A stretch of 64,000 nucleotides of DNA from Hypanus sabinus. Its lineage: Eukaryota. The DNA lies in assembly GCF_030144855.1 (NCBI RefSeq), contig NC_082730.1, positions 14,446,001 to 14,510,000 on the forward strand, given 5' to 3'. Shown in pieces: positions 24,180 through 37,649 of the stretch. The notes under the pieces are model-generated. The model did not search any database. It saw nothing but the letters and a program-made list of their open reading frames with translations, and was not told the origin of the DNA. The translations under genes were made by a program, and so were the position numbers. The first letter of the stretch is position 1. Each line of letters begins with the position of its first letter.

Positions 24180-24630
24180 TAACTGCTCAGGCCAACAAAA
24201 TGGCTTCTCTGTATTGCTATAATGAAATGGTTTCTCTATAATGTTTCTTAATGCCGTTATGAGTGTCTGTTACAGGAATGTTTGGTATAACTGCGGTTAA
24301 GGGGGGAACTAACCAATGGAGAATTGTTATGCTGTCTTGTATGTGTGAGCTGGGCGGGAGCTTGCAGTCCTTTTCTGGAGGCAAGCAACGAGGACAGACA
24401 TGTGAGGAGCGGACAGCGGTTCCAGGGCAGCGGTTACTGGACGTCGACGGTTCGGACGGTGGCCGAAGGCTCGGAAGGTCATTGTGGATTGAACCGCAGG
24501 TGTGAGCTCCAAAGTATTGAACTATTATGTGCACAAATTTATAAACTTACAGATTTGGCGCCTTTAGTTTATCTGTTTTGACTAACCGTTCACAAACAAA
24601 TAACCATAAAATTGTAATTATTTAAAAGCC
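24180..24630 (+). mobile_element. Solo-LTR-like insertion, specific to block B
   Basis: CpG-rich 450-bp segment absent from blocks A and C, with CCAAT and GGGCGG boxes; LTR termini not clearly defined. Confidence 0.45.
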
Positions 24631-25376
24631 CCTTTTATTCCCACTTACTGACTCCTGCTTGTCAGCCATTTTGCTATCCATGCCAATATCTTTACTGTAA
24701 CACCACAGGATTTTACCTTGTTAATCAGCCTCGTGTGCGGCACCTTATCAAACACCCTCTGAAAATCCAAATAAATGACATCCACTGCCTCTCCTTTGTC
24801 CACCCTCAAAGAAGTCTTGTCAGGCAAGATTTCCTTCACAGAAACCATGCTGAATTTGACATGTTTTATCATTAGTCTCCAAGTACCTCAACACTCATCC
24901 TTAATAATGGACACCAACAGTTTCCCAGCCACTGAGGTTTGGCTAATTGGCCAGATATTATACTGAGAACATGAGTTGTAGAGTCCTTGCAGGTGAGTCC
25001 ATAGATTGTGTTCAGTGATCATTACATTGTTGGAGTGCCTGATGTTATCCACCCAGGTTCAGGGGCCTGATGCCTGCACTGTTCCTGAGACCTAGGGCTC
25101 CAGTACCTCCTTCCTGATGGCAGCAGCGAGAAGAGAGCATGCTTGGATGATGTGGGTCCTTTATGATGGACTCTGCCCTCTTGTGCAGATGTGCAATGTG
25201 TAGATGTGCTCATTGGTAGGCTGGGCTTTACCAATCAACTGATCCGATTACTCTAAACCAGTCTCCATACAGAGCATTCCCGAGTAATGAATGGTTCTGT
25301 TTTTACAGATGCCTGTTCATCAATATTGCCTGCAAAGCAGAAAACAGACAATTGTCACTGAATATGTTATCTATAC

Positions 25377-25436
25377 CTTCATGGTATTGTAATGGAAGGC
25401 ATCAACTACATATAAAACTGGGACAAAAGAGAAATT
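25377..25436 (-). other. Exon-like cassette X, copy 3 (60 nt): NFSFVPVLYVVDAFHYNTMK
   Basis: Acceptor ttctccccacttttcag|, donor AAG|gtatag. Confidence 0.55.
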
Positions 25437-25479
25437 CTGAAAAGTGGGGAGAATATAAATTAGTTCTGTTATTTGTAGG

Positions 25480-26560
25480 AACATAGAACTGTACAGCACA
25501 GTTTGAGTTCTTCGGCCCACACTGTTGCGCCAATCGATACTCCATGATCAATCTAATCCTTCCATCCTACAAAGCCTGTGACAGTCTGTTTCCAGACATA
25601 AATGTATGTGCCGATCTAAGAGCCTCTAAATGTCCACATCGTATCAGCCTCTGCCACCATGCCAGCAGTGCATTCCATGAACTCAGCAATGTGTAGTAAA
25701 ACTTGTATCTTACACCTCCCCTGGGACAAAAGACACTCAAAGCCGCTGCACAGGTTGATTCTGTGATTAAGAAGGCATATGGTTCATTGGCCTTCATCAA
25801 CCAGTTTAAGAGCCAAGAGGTAATGTTACAGCTAAGTAGGACCCTGGTCAGACCCCACTTGGAATACTGTGCTCAATTCTGGTCACCTCACTAAAGGAAG
25901 GATGTGTAAACTATATAAAGGGTGCAGAGGAGTTTTACAAGGATGTTGCCTAGATTGGGGAGCATGCCTTATGAGAACAGCTTGAGTGAACTTGGCCTTT
26001 CTCCTTAGATTGGCAATGGATGAGATGTGACCTGATAGAGGTGTATAAGATGAGATGCATTCATTGTGTGAATTATCAGAGGCTTTTGCCAGGTAATTTC
26101 TAAAGTACGTACATGTTTGGCACAGCATTGTGGGCTGAAGGGCCGGTATTGTGCTGTAGTTTTTCTATGATGTATGTCTAAACTGCCCTCCACTCACCTT
26201 AAATGGATGTCCTCTGATATTGGTCATTGTCACCATGAGAAGGAACTGCTGCCTGTCCACTCGGTCTATGCCTTATACACCTCTTCTACATCACTCTACC
26301 AAGTTATTTCTCACCCTCCTTTGCCCAAAGAGAAAATCACTGGCCCACTCCACATTTACTTTTCCTCATAAGACGTGTTCTTTGATCCAGGCAGCATCTT
26401 GGTAAACCTCCTCTGCACCCTCTCTGAAGTTTCCTCAACTAACCAACAATGAGACAATCAGAACTGCACTAAATTCTCCAAGTGTGATTGAACCAGAGTT
26501 TTATAGAGTGTAACGTTACCTTGTGGCTCAGTCTTGTTCATGTGTAGAAGTGTCCAAATG
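25480..26560. mobile_element. Minus-strand CR1 3' end with a plus-strand CR1 3' fragment nested at ~25735-26170
   Basis: 'aacatagaac' tail; LKAAAQVDSVIKKAYGSLAFI...RPHLEYCAQFWSPH; 'ttttctatgatgtatgtcta' tail. Confidence 0.75.
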
Positions 26561-26992
26561 TCAGGAATTTTCAACCTGGGAATGAATTCAATAGTCTTTT
26601 ATCCTACACATCATACCCCCAACAGATCTGCTTTTTAAACTGACATTCTTCCACTCTTAACCTAGATCTGAGGAGTGGTGCCTGACCTGAAACTGTGTTT
26701 AATGAAAGGACCCTGTTATGGTTATGGCTCCAAAACTATAAACAAATTCAACAGAAAATGAGAAAGCTAAGAAATGTGAATCTCAGTATGTGTTTTTACC
26801 ATGTGAGGCTTGCACGTAAATGTGGTATTATCCTGAAATAGGCAACTCTAGTCTTTTACTTATAAACTGTAATGAATTATTGCAACAAACAAGAATGCAT
26901 AATCAGTATTTACAATATTGTTTAATGTTACATTGTCAGGCTGCAACTAGCGTATATCAACAGGTTGGAGCCCATAACCCAGAAAGGATGTG

Positions 26993-29775
26993 TTGTCATT
27001 GGAGAGAGTCCATTCTTGAAAGTTTCCCAAGAATGATTCTGGGAATGAAGGGGTTAATATATGAGGAGCATATTACAGCTTTGGACCTGTACTCAATTGA
27101 ACTTAAAACAATGCATGGGGATCTCATTGAAAACTATCGAATGTTGAAGGGACTAGATAAGGTGGATGTGGGTAGGATGTTTCCTATGGTGGGGTTATAT
27201 AAAACTCGAGGGCACATCCTCAAAATTGAGGGCTGTCCTTTTAGAACAGAGGTAAGGAGGAACAGAGGTAAGATAACTCTCTTTTGGCTAGAGAGTAGTG
27301 AATCTGTAGGTATTGTTAAGGTGGATTTTGAGAGGTTCCAGATTGGTCAGGGCATCAAAGAATATGACAAGAAGGCAGGTGTCTGGGTTGAGTGGGATCT
27401 GGGATCAGCCATGCTGGAATGGCAAAGCAGCTTCAATGCGCTGAATATTCTAATTCTGGTCCTATGTCTTATGGACTTATGGTGTTATCTCTTCTTTAGC
27501 AGAGTACCAAAACTGAACATAATACTCCAGGTGTCATCTCACCAGTTCTCTTGTACAAATGAAATATCATATTCCAACTTATCTACTCTGACTGATGCCT
27601 AAAGTCTTCTTCACTGCCTGTCCACCTCTGACTACACGGTCCAGGAACCATGTACTGAATTCCAAGATCCCATTGTTCTTTAACACTTCCTCGGGCCTGA
27701 CCGAGCTCTGAGAAAGTCTGACTTGATTTGATTTTGGAAATGGAAAACTCAGCCCATATCTGAACTGCACTCTTTTTGCTATTACATAGCCCAAATGGCC
27801 AGCAGATCAAGTTCCTGTGTAGTTCTTCAAAATTCTGTTTACTGTCTAAAGAACTACCTGTCTGAGTGTCATCTACAAATGACACATTGTTTTCATTGAA
27901 ACTTTGGTTAACCCAACAGGTTGTTACATTCTGCTAATTGCTCTTCCAGGAACCTATGAGTCAGTGTACATCAGTGAATATCACAGCGAGGGGAAGCTGT
28001 ATCTTGGGGTATGGCAAATACACAAGTGTAATTCATTTCAGAGTATGGGATGAGATTAATGATGGAGCAGTCATGGAGAATACAGCATGACAATTCTTTC
28101 AGTGTAGGAATTGAATCTAATATCCTAAAAATTAACAGGATAAGAAGAAACTAGGCTTGCTCTCCTTGGAGCTTATGGGGTTAAGAATGGATATGATTGA
28201 GGGGTGTAACATTATGAAATGTACCGTGTTTATAGACAACAAGGAACTTTCCCATTCTTGGAGATGACATAGATTTAGAAGGGATTTGAATGAATTGTTT
28301 TTACCCAGAGACTGGTGGAAAAAGAGTCAAGTCAGTGCTTGTGAAGTGCAGAATGACATCTTCAGTCACATCTACATAGAAAGCTTTGGGCCATGTTTGG
28401 GAAGATAGGGTTTATATACAGTGCTGAGTAAATGTCTTCAGCACATGTAAAATAATGCTGTAAGATGAAGATACTTTCAAAAATAATGAAATGAGAAGTT
28501 TCTAAATAACACAAAAATGCTATAAAGAGTAGGAAATAGAAAAAAAAACTAAAAGAAATTCAGTATTGGGTATGGCAACACTTTGCCTTTAAACATACAT
28601 CAGTTCTCTTAGATACCCTGTTGAGAAGTTGTATAATAAAGTTGTCTGGTAGTTTGTCCCAAGCATCATAGAAAACTTGCCACGGTTCTTAATTGGCTTG
28701 CTGACATTTTATTTGCTGATAAACACTTAATTTCACATTGTTTATAAATAGATAAATGATAAAATAATTCCGTGTACACACAGAGGTTTTGTTGTTACTT
28801 TGAGTTTTTTTTACAGTTGTTTTAGGAGAAAACAGTGCAGTTTGTTAGCCATTAATGTGTATCTGCTTAAATTCTGTACTTTCTATGGTACGAGTACTGA
28901 CTCTATTGCATCAGCTACTCCTGTCATCTGTGTAATGTTCACCCTCAGCAAAGGCTGCAGTGAGAAGTTCCGTCTTCTTTATTTATCTTAAGAAAAAAAT
29001 ATAGAGAAGTGCCAATGGATGCTACATAGAAATAAATGGTTCTGTCCTCTTTTTGCATTTCTCCATCACTTCTTGGAAAACATTTCAATAACTGTGGTTC
29101 AATATTCTGATGAGAACAAATGTAGAGATAGATCTTTAGTAAAGTATCTTTGTTTCAGCAACTAGATAACTGACCAACTATTTGGTGAAGAAAAGTAAAA
29201 TGGCTATTTTACCGTTGTTTTTAAACCTAATGCCAATTGTGTGCACACTGGTGGGATTGTAGAACGTTTACCACTCTGTTGCTGACAAGTTATCCAAGAA
29301 CTGCAGCTTTATAGGTTATTGGTTAGACTGCACTTGGAATATGGTGAACAGTTTTGTGCCTTTTATCTTCAAAAGGATGTTTTCTAACTGGAAAGGTGAC
29401 CAAAGGAGGTTCCATAGAACGACCCAGCAATGAAAGGGTTAATGTACGAGGAACGTTCAATGGCTGTTGAGCTGTACTCACTGGAGTTTCGAAGAATGGT
29501 GGAGGTGGGGGGAGGAGTTCTCATTAAATCTTTTGTACTGTGTACCGAAGGACCAGGAACCTAAGTGAAGTGTATATGGAGAGGATGTTTCCTGTGGTGG
29601 GTGATTTCCTGACCAGCAGGTGCTGATTCTTTGGATTTAATTCCACAGAATGCTGTGGAGGACAAATCATTGGATATATTTAAAGCAGGGTTTGATAGGG
29701 TTCTGATTAGTAAGCGTGTCAAAGGTTATGGGGAAAATAGGGTTGAGGGAGATAATAAATCAGCCATTAAAGAAT
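26993..29775. repeat. Segment duplicated at 41130-43911 (roughly 85-90% identical by eye)
   Basis: Colinear match from 'tcattggagagagtcc' to 'agaatgagga', covering CR1 pieces, unique sequence and modules U-V. Confidence 0.9.
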
Positions 29776-30215
29776 GAGGAACAGACTCAATGGGCTGAAT
29801 GGGCTCAGGTTTAACAGGTCCAGATTCATAAGTGGGAACACTGCATCTGGAATTATCTCTGGCTCACCAACATCCATCAGATAACCCTGAGCTGAAGATG
29901 TAATGAGCTCCAAACTACTCTGGTGTTACTGCTTCACCTCCTCACATAGCAGGTAAAGGATATTATGTGATATTCCTCCTTCTCAGTGAGGCATTTCAAA
30001 GTTCAAAATTCAAATTAATTACTGAACATGTGCACGTCACCGTATTGTACCCTGATTATAATGACAATCACGCAGTTCAGCTTCTCTCACTTTCAAGACC
30101 CTTTATTGTACACTCATGGGTTACAGTCACAGATCAGTACTGAGAAAAGTTACACCTTCCATTTGCAGATTCACACCATGATGACCAAAGCAAGTTGCAA
30201 TAATGAGCAGCTCAC

Positions 30216-30319
30216 ACATTTTATTCTGCTGCCAAACTTATTTCCATTGTTTGTTTTTCTTTAAGATCTTTGTACAGTGACCAGAAGTATTCATGATGTG
30301 TCGCTTTCCCACTCCATTT
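30216..30319 (-). other. Exon-like cassette W, copy C (104 nt): KWSGKATHHEYFWSLYKDLKEKQTMEISLAAE*
   Basis: Acceptor catcttgtag|AAA, donor GT|gtgagc; phase 0 is open for 32 codons, with TAA 5 nt before the donor. Confidence 0.6.
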
Positions 30320-30980
30320 CTACAAGATGTGTTTTGAAATGGCCATAATCACACACCTTATCAAATTTCAACATATATATACTAAATTTCTTATCAAAGT
30401 ACATTTATGTCGTCACATTCTACCCTGAGATTCATTTTCTTACAGTATGTCAAAGAAATACAATAGATTCAATGAAAACGGCACACAGATATGCACAAAA
30501 AACTATGTGCAAAGGAAGACAAAATGTGAAATACAATAAATAATAACTAAATAAATAAATAACACTCAGAATATGAATTGTAGAATCCCTGCAAGTAAAT
30601 CGATATGCTGTGTTCAGTGATTATTTCACTGTTGGGGTGAGTGAAGTTATTCACACTGCTTCAGGAACCTGATGGCTGAACTATCCCTGAACCTGGTCAT
30701 TTGGTATCGTACTTCCTTCCATTGACAGCAGCAGGAAGACAGTGTGTTTCGATGATGGGAGTCCTTGATGATAATCCTCCTGTCTTATGGCATTACTCCT
30801 CTGTTGGTGTGCTCACTGGAGAGCTGGGTTTTACCTGTTGATTGATCAGATCAGTCTTAACCAATCTCCATATTGACTGTCCCAGAGTCACGAATGGCTC
30901 TGTTTTTACTGATGCTTATAAGTCAATTTTACCCATATGTCAGAAAACATGACTGATATCACTCAGTATGGTGTCCATAC

Positions 30981-31040
30981 CTCCATGGTTTTGTAATGAA
31001 ATGCATCAACTGCACATAGAACTGAGAAGAAAGAGTAATT
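30981..31040 (-). other. Exon-like cassette X, copy 4 (60 nt): NYSFFSVLCAVDAFHYKTME
   Basis: Acceptor ttttcttcctttccacttttcag|, donor GAG|gtatgg; the ATG sits in ACCATGG context. Confidence 0.6.
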
Positions 31041-31719
31041 CTGAAAAGTGGAAAGGAAGAAAACTAGTTCTGTTATGTGTAGGAACAGAGAAAATGGAGA
31101 AGTACAGCACAGTACAGGCCCTTTGGCACACAATATTGTGCCACTGTATACTCCATGATCAATCCAATCCTTCCATCGTACATAGCCCATAATACTCTGT
31201 TTTTTTGTACTTGCATGTGTATGTCTGTCTGAGAGCCTCTTTGATGTCCGTTTTGCATCAGCCTCTACTACCGTGCCTGCATGGTATTCCAGGGACACCC
31301 CACTCACTGTGTAAAAAACAACTACCTCTTACACTTCCCCTAAATGTACCTCCACTCACCTTAAATCGATGTCCTCTGGGCTTGGTCACTGCCACCATGA
31401 GGAAGAGGTGTTGGTGTCCACTCAACCTATGCCTTATGCTGGACAATACTGATTGAAATGGAGTTTCATAGAGCTGTAACATTACCTTGTGGTTCGTGAA
31501 CTCAATCCCTTCGACGACTGAAGTTCAGCACAACATTCATGTTGCTTAACATCCTTTCAACTTGAGCAGCAACTTTGGGAAATCTACGGACTTGAACCCC
31601 AATAAACCTCTGTACATCTACATTGCTAATAATGCTGTCATTCAGCTTGTAATCTTTAAATTCAATCATCCAAAGTGCATCACTTCACATATTTCAGTGT
31701 TAAGCCCAGCAGCGTCTCT

Positions 31720-32360
31720 ACTTTTTGCGAAGGCTGAGGAAAGTTTATCTCCCACCCCCATCCTCATCACATTCTACAGGGGTTGTATTGAGAGCATCCT
31801 CAGCAGCTGCATCACTGCCTGGTTCAGAAATTGCACCATCCCGGATGGCAAGACCCTGCAGCGGATAGTGAGGTCAGCTGAGATCAGAGGGGTCTCTCTT
31901 CCCTCCATCACGGACATTTACACTACACACTGCATCCGCAAAGGAAACAACATTATGAAGGACCCCATGCACCCCTCATACAATCTCTTCTCCCTCCTGC
32001 CGTCTGGGAAAAGGCTTCAAAGCATTTGGGCTCTGAATGACCAGACCATGTAACAGTTTCTTCCCCCAAACGATCAGACTCCTCAATACCAGAAGCCTGG
32101 ACTGACACCTTGCCCTACTGTCCTGTTTATTATTTATTGTAATGCCTGCACTGTTTTTGTGCACATTATGCAGTCCAGTGTAGGTCTGTAGTCTAGTGTA
32201 GCTTTCTCTGTGTTGCTTTTTTTAATTACGTAGTTCAGTCTAGTTTTTTATACTGTGTCATGTAAACCATGGTCCTGAAAAATGTTGTCTCATTTTTACT
32301 ATGCACTGTACCAGCAGTTATGGTCAAAATGACAATAAAAGTTGACTTGATTTGACTTGA
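31720..32360 (+). mobile_element. Rex1/Babar-clade LINE 3' fragment
   Basis: ILITFYRGCIESILSSCITAWFRNC...LQRIVRSAE; tail aatgacaataaaagttgacttgatttgacttga. Confidence 0.8.
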
Positions 32361-33244
32361 AACTCCACCTACTACTTCTCCATCCATCACTGCATCCTGT
32401 CTCTATCCTGGGAATGAACTGTACAGAATTCACTCTTACACATCACTCTTCTGACCAGATCTGCTTTCTAAACTGACCCTCTACCACTTTATTCCAGATC
32501 TGAGGAGGAGACCCTGCCCTGAAACTGGGTTCAGTGATAGTTCGTGGCATGAAACATCTATGCATATTCCTTTCCATACATACTGCCTGATCTGCTGAGT
32601 CCTCCAACATTTGTGAGTGTTCCATCAGCATATAGGTGGAAGATAGAAAATCTGTCTGAATGGTTTCACAGCTAGCTCCCACACAACATCAGCAAAACCA
32701 AAGAGCTGATTATTGACCGCAGACGGAGTTATCCAGAGGTCATCAGGGCAATTATAAAGCAATCATGAGATTTTTTTTAAATCAAGAGTTTTTAAAATTA
32801 TCTTTCTTTGAGAAAAAGGTTGTGTGTATCCACCTAGATTTTTAAACATCTAGATGTAATATTAAAATGAAAAATATTTAAAATGAGCTACCTCTTCATG
32901 TCGAAGTTTGTACATCTATTGAATATGCTGTCCGAGAGAATGGTTGAGACAACAGCAACATTTAAGTGACACTTGGACAGCTCCCTGGATAGGGAAGGTT
33001 CAGTGGGATATGGGCCAAATGCAGGTGAATGTGTCTAGCTTAAATCAGCATCTCTCTCAGCATGATGGAGTTGGGATGAAGGGCTTATTTCTGTGCTGTA
33101 CTGTACTCCACTCTATTGTGCATTCGAGTTCCAATTACAGGTCAGCACTGAGAAAAGTATTTCCTATGATTTGTAGATTCACCCACCTGTGACTTGACCA
33201 TTGCACCTCACAACAAGATACAACTCACTCATTTTAGCAGTGCA

Positions 33245-33860
33245 ATTACTTGAGTCGAATTTCATGTTCTCCAAAGGGGTTATCTATTGATGGGTCCTCA
33301 GGTGACGGTAGAGGCTGATCCAGGAGTCACAAATTCTGGTGTAATGTGGGCAGGACTAAGTGGTGGGTATGGTTAGTTGTTGGGTTTTGGCTCAGTCTCT
33401 CCTTTCACACCTGCAGCTTGTTCTCTGTGACACAGTGGAGGTTTACATTCGTATAATGCATTTCCCTCTTGAACATGTTTCCTCTAAGTGAATCTGTTAA
33501 GTGCATTGTCTTCCCAGTTTTTAGATATAATCTTGAATTTCTTCAGGCTGATTTTAATATTATCTTTAAAGCTAACTTTCCTTCAACTGGGAGTAAAGGA
33601 TCTATCTGTCTGGGGAGATGTTTAGGCATCTCAATAACGTGACCTATCCATTGGAGTTGGTGTTGCTTTATCGTGGTGGAGATGCTGCTTGTGTTGGCTC
33701 CTCCAGTATGCTGGTGTTAGTGTGTCTGTCCATCCCGCTGATCCTCAGGATCTGTTATCAGGTCCTTTGGTGGCATTGTTCCAGGATTTTCAAATGTCTG
33801 CTCCATACAGTAATGTAGGAAGTACAAAGGTTTTGTTTAGACCTGTAGGTCACGTTTTGA
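33245..33860 (-). mobile_element. RTE-clade LINE 3' part (continues at 37650-38385)
   Basis: Minus strand reads FVLPTLLYGADIW and a C-terminal CPHYTRICDSWISLYRHLRTHQ*. Its 3' end truncates a partial W cassette (donor at 33229). Confidence 0.7.
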
Positions 33861-34331
33861 AAACCATAAGACCATAAGACATAGGAGCAGAGTTTGGCCT
33901 TTCAGCCCATCTAGTCTGCTCTGCGATTCTCTCATGGCTCATCCCCGATACCTGTCAACCGCATATACCTGCTTTCTCACAATGTCCTTTGGTGCCTCGA
34001 CCGATCAGGAAACAATCAAAGTCCACCTTAAATATACCCATCGACTTGGGCTCAACCACATTCTGTGGCAGAACAGTCCACAGATTCGTAGTCTCAAGGG
34101 GAAGTCGATGCAAGCAGTGGTGAGCTGTTGTGGAGGCGTAAGCTCGGCCAGGTTGTGGCAAGTGGTGTCAGGATCAAAGCAGAATCAAGGCAGATTTTGT
34201 GACATCCCTGAGAGAGGGGTAAGTCTCAATGTCTGATTGATTTAAGCACCAGGCTGAATTGGAAAGTTTGTGCAGAGACTGAGTCATGGTGGTGGGGTTC
34301 AGACCGCAGAGTGGTTCATGAGTGAGAGACG

Positions 34332-37255
34332 TAGAACACATAGAATAGTACACCATATTACAGGCCCTTCGGCCCACAATGTAGTGCTGACCCTCAAACC
34401 CTGCCTCCCATATAAACCCCCAACTTAAATTCCTCTATATACCTGTCTAGTAGTCTCTTAAATTTCACTAGTGTATCTGCCTCCACTACTGAGTCAGGCA
34501 GTGCATTCCACACACCAACCACTCTCTGAGTGAAAAACCTTCCTCTAATATTCTCCTTGAACTTCCCTCTCCTTACCTTAAGCCATGTCTTCTTCTACAG
34601 AGCAGTGGTGCACTGGGGAAGAGGCACTGGCTGTCCACTCTGTCTATTCCTCTTAATATCTTGTACACCTCTATCATGTCTCCTCTCATACTCCTTCTCT
34701 CAAAGAGTAAAGCCCTAGCTCCCTTAATCTCTGATCATAATCCATACTCTCTAAACCAGGCAGCGTCCTGGTAAATCTCCTCTGTACCCTTTCCAATGCT
34801 TCCACATCCTTTCTATAGTGAGGTGACCAGAACTGGACACAGTACTCCAAGTGTGGCCTAACTAGAGTTTTATAGAGCTGCATCATTGCATCACGTCTCT
34901 TAAACTCTATCCCTTGACTTATGAAAGCTAACACCCCATAAGCTTTCTTAACTACCCTATCTACCTGTGAGGCAACTTTCAGGGATCTGTGGACATGTAC
35001 CCCCAGATCCCTCTGCTCCTCCACACTACTAGGAATCCTGCCACTTACTTTGTACTCTGCCTTGGAGTTTGTCTTTCCAAAGTGCACCACCTCACACTTC
35101 TACAGGTTGAATTCCATCTGCCACTTCTCAGCCCACTTCTGCATCCTATCAAAGTCTCTCTGCAATTTTCGACAATCCTCTACACTATCTACAACACCAC
35201 CAACCTTTGTGTCGTCTGCAAACTTGCCAACCCACCCTTCTACCCCCCACATCCAGGTCATTAATAAAAATCACAAAAAGTAGAGCTCCCAAAACAGATC
35301 CTTCTGTGACACCACTAGTCACAACCCTCCAATCTGAATGTACTCCCTCGACCACAACCCTCTGCCTTCTGCAGGCAAGCCAATTCTGAATCCACCTGGC
35401 CAAACTACCCTGGATCCCATACCTTCTGACTTTCTGAATAAGCCTATCATGTGGAACCTTGTCAAATGCCTTACTAAAATCCATGTAGATCACATCCACT
35501 GCACTACCCTCATCTATATGCCTGGTCACCTCCTCAAAGAACTCTATTAGGCTTGTTAGGCACAATCTGCTCTTCATGAAGCCATGCTGACTGTTCCTGG
35601 TCAGACCATGACTCTCTAAATGCCCATAGATCCTATCTCTAAGAATCTTTTCCAACAGCTTTCCCACCACAGACATAAGGCGTACTGGTCTATAATTACC
35701 TAGACTATCCCTACTAACTTTTTTGAACAAGGGGACAACATTCGCCTCCCTCCAATCCTCCGGTACCATTCCTGTGGCAACGAGGACATAAAAATCCTAG
35801 CCAGAGACTCAGCAGTCTCTTCCCTTGCCTCGTGGAGCAGGCTGGGGAATATTCTATCAGGCCCCAGGGACTTATTCGTCCTAATGTATTTTAACAACTC
35901 CAACACCTCCTCTTCCTTAATATCAACATGCTCCAGAACATCAACTTCTCTCATATTGTCCTCACCATCATCAAGTTCCCTCTCAGTGGTGAATACTGAA
36001 GAGAAGTATTCATTGAGGACCTCACTAACTTCCACAGCCTCCAGGCACATCTTCCCACTTTTATCTCTAATCAGTCCTACCTTCACTTTTGTTCTTCACA
36101 TAATTGAAGAATGCCTTGGGGTTTTCCTTTACCCTAATCACCAAGGCCTTCTCATGCCCCCTTCTTGCTCTTTTCAGCCCCTTCTTAAGCTCCTTTCTTG
36201 CTACCCTATATTCCTCAATAGACCCATCTGATCCTTGCTTCCGAAACCTCATGTATGCTGCCTTCTTCCAACTGACTAGATTTTCTACTTAACTTGTCAC
36301 CCATGGTTCCTTCACCCTACCATTCTTTTCTTTATCTTCCTCACTGGGACAAATTTATCCCTAACATCCTGCAAGAGATCTTTAAACATTGATCACATGT
36401 CCATAGTACATTTCCCTGAGAAAACATCATCCCAGTTCACACCCGCAAGTTCTAGCCTTAAAGCCTCATAATTTGCCCTTCCCCAATTAAAAATTTTCCT
36501 GTCGACTCTGATTCTATCTTTTTCCATGATAATGCTGAAGGTCAGGGAGCGGTGAACACTGTCCCCTAGATGCTCACACACTGACAGATCTGTGACATGA
36601 CCCGGTTTGTTACCTAATACTAGATCTAGTATGGCATTCCCCCTAGTCAGCCTGTCAACATGCTGTGACAGGAATCCATCCTGGGCACATTTAACAAACT
36701 CTGCCCCATCTGAACCCTTGGAATTAATCAAGTGCCAATCAATATTAGGGAAGTTAAAGTCTCCCATCATAATAACCGGGTTATTTTTGCACCTTTCCAA
36801 AATCTGCCTCCCAATCTGCTCCTCGATATCTCGGCTGCTACCCGGCGGCCTAATAGAATACCCCCAGTAGAGTAACTGCTCCCTTCCTGTTCCTGACTTC
36901 CACCCATACTGACTCAAAAGAGGATCCTGTTACATTACCCACCCTTCCTGCATCTGTAATTGTATCCCTGAGTAGTAATGCCACCCCTCCTCCCCTTTTT
37001 TCCCCCTCTCTATCCCTTTTAATGCACTGAAATCCAGGAATATTGAGAATCCATTCCTGCCCTGGTGCCAGCCAAGTCCCCGTAATGGCCACTACATCAT
37101 GATTCCATGTATTTATCCAAGCTCTCAGTTCATCACCTTTGTTCCTGATGCTTCTTGCATTGAAGTACACACACGTTAGCCCTTCTACCTTACTAACTTT
37201 ATACCCTTTATTCTGCTGCTCTTTCCTCAAAGCCTCTCCATATGTTAGATCTGAT
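34332..37255 (-). mobile_element. CR1/HER1-like LINE, ORF2 EN-RT to 3' tail, frameshifted, nested in the RTE
   Basis: [66 protein letters not shown]; tail 'gtagaacacatagaatag'. Confidence 0.92.
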
Positions 37256-37649
37256 GTTTGATCTGACGAGATGAACTGATGTTTGGATCACTAAAGCACT
37301 GGGCCAGATTGAAGAGGTCAGGGTGTTGGGACCGGAAGCAAGGCGAGGACTGGACTGCAGTGCCAGCTGCAGTGATGCCTAGATTTGTGATTGTGATCTT
37401 GTAACATTTACTCAGTTTAGGGATGAACTGTGGCAGTTGCCTGCTCCAGCTGCATTGATGTCTGGCTCTTTGTCATTGATGAACCTTTGGTTCTGAATGC
37501 TAATTGTTTGAATTTTTTGATTCTAAAGTATGTTCTGCGCTTTGGCTGTTTGATGGTATTTTTTTTGGTATGTTCTTTTGAGATTTGTGGCCGACTGTAA
37601 GGTGACGAATCTCAACGTAGTATACTTGCTTAGATAATAAATGTACTTT

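Larger units (their letters stand above)
21650..25480 (-). repeat. Paralogous intergenic block B (U-V-W-X) with CR1 inserts (21830-22160, 22740-23300, 24630-24960)
   Basis: Same module order and anchors as blocks A and C; local (ttctcaaaac)-like expansion at 22461-22515. Confidence 0.85.
28690..31085 (-). repeat. Paralogous intergenic block C (U-V-W-X), the most intact copy
   Basis: X exon 31040-30981, W exon 30319-30216, candidate terminal-exon acceptor ttgttctcatcag| at 29106, minus-strand AATAAA at 28713-28708. Confidence 0.85.

Noticed and set aside
26820-27602. 260-aa plus-strand ORF
   Set aside because: Its middle is CR1 ORF2 C-terminal debris (MLKGLDKVDVGRMFP..TRGH) read through into unique sequence; the paralog at 41100-41480 is not open over the same length.
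27950-28008. Plus-strand Tyr-rich exon-like segment (TYESVYISEYHSEGKLYLG), with a paralog at ~42080-42140
   Set aside because: Only two recently duplicated copies, antisense to all other exons, and no partner exons found.
28940-29106. Phase-0 frame of the candidate terminal exon in block C contains TIYFYV (ITSM-like) and SLYFFL (ITIM-like)
   Set aside because: Broken by stops or frameshifts in blocks A, B and D, and downstream of the W stop codon, so more likely UTR. It would matter only if W were skipped.
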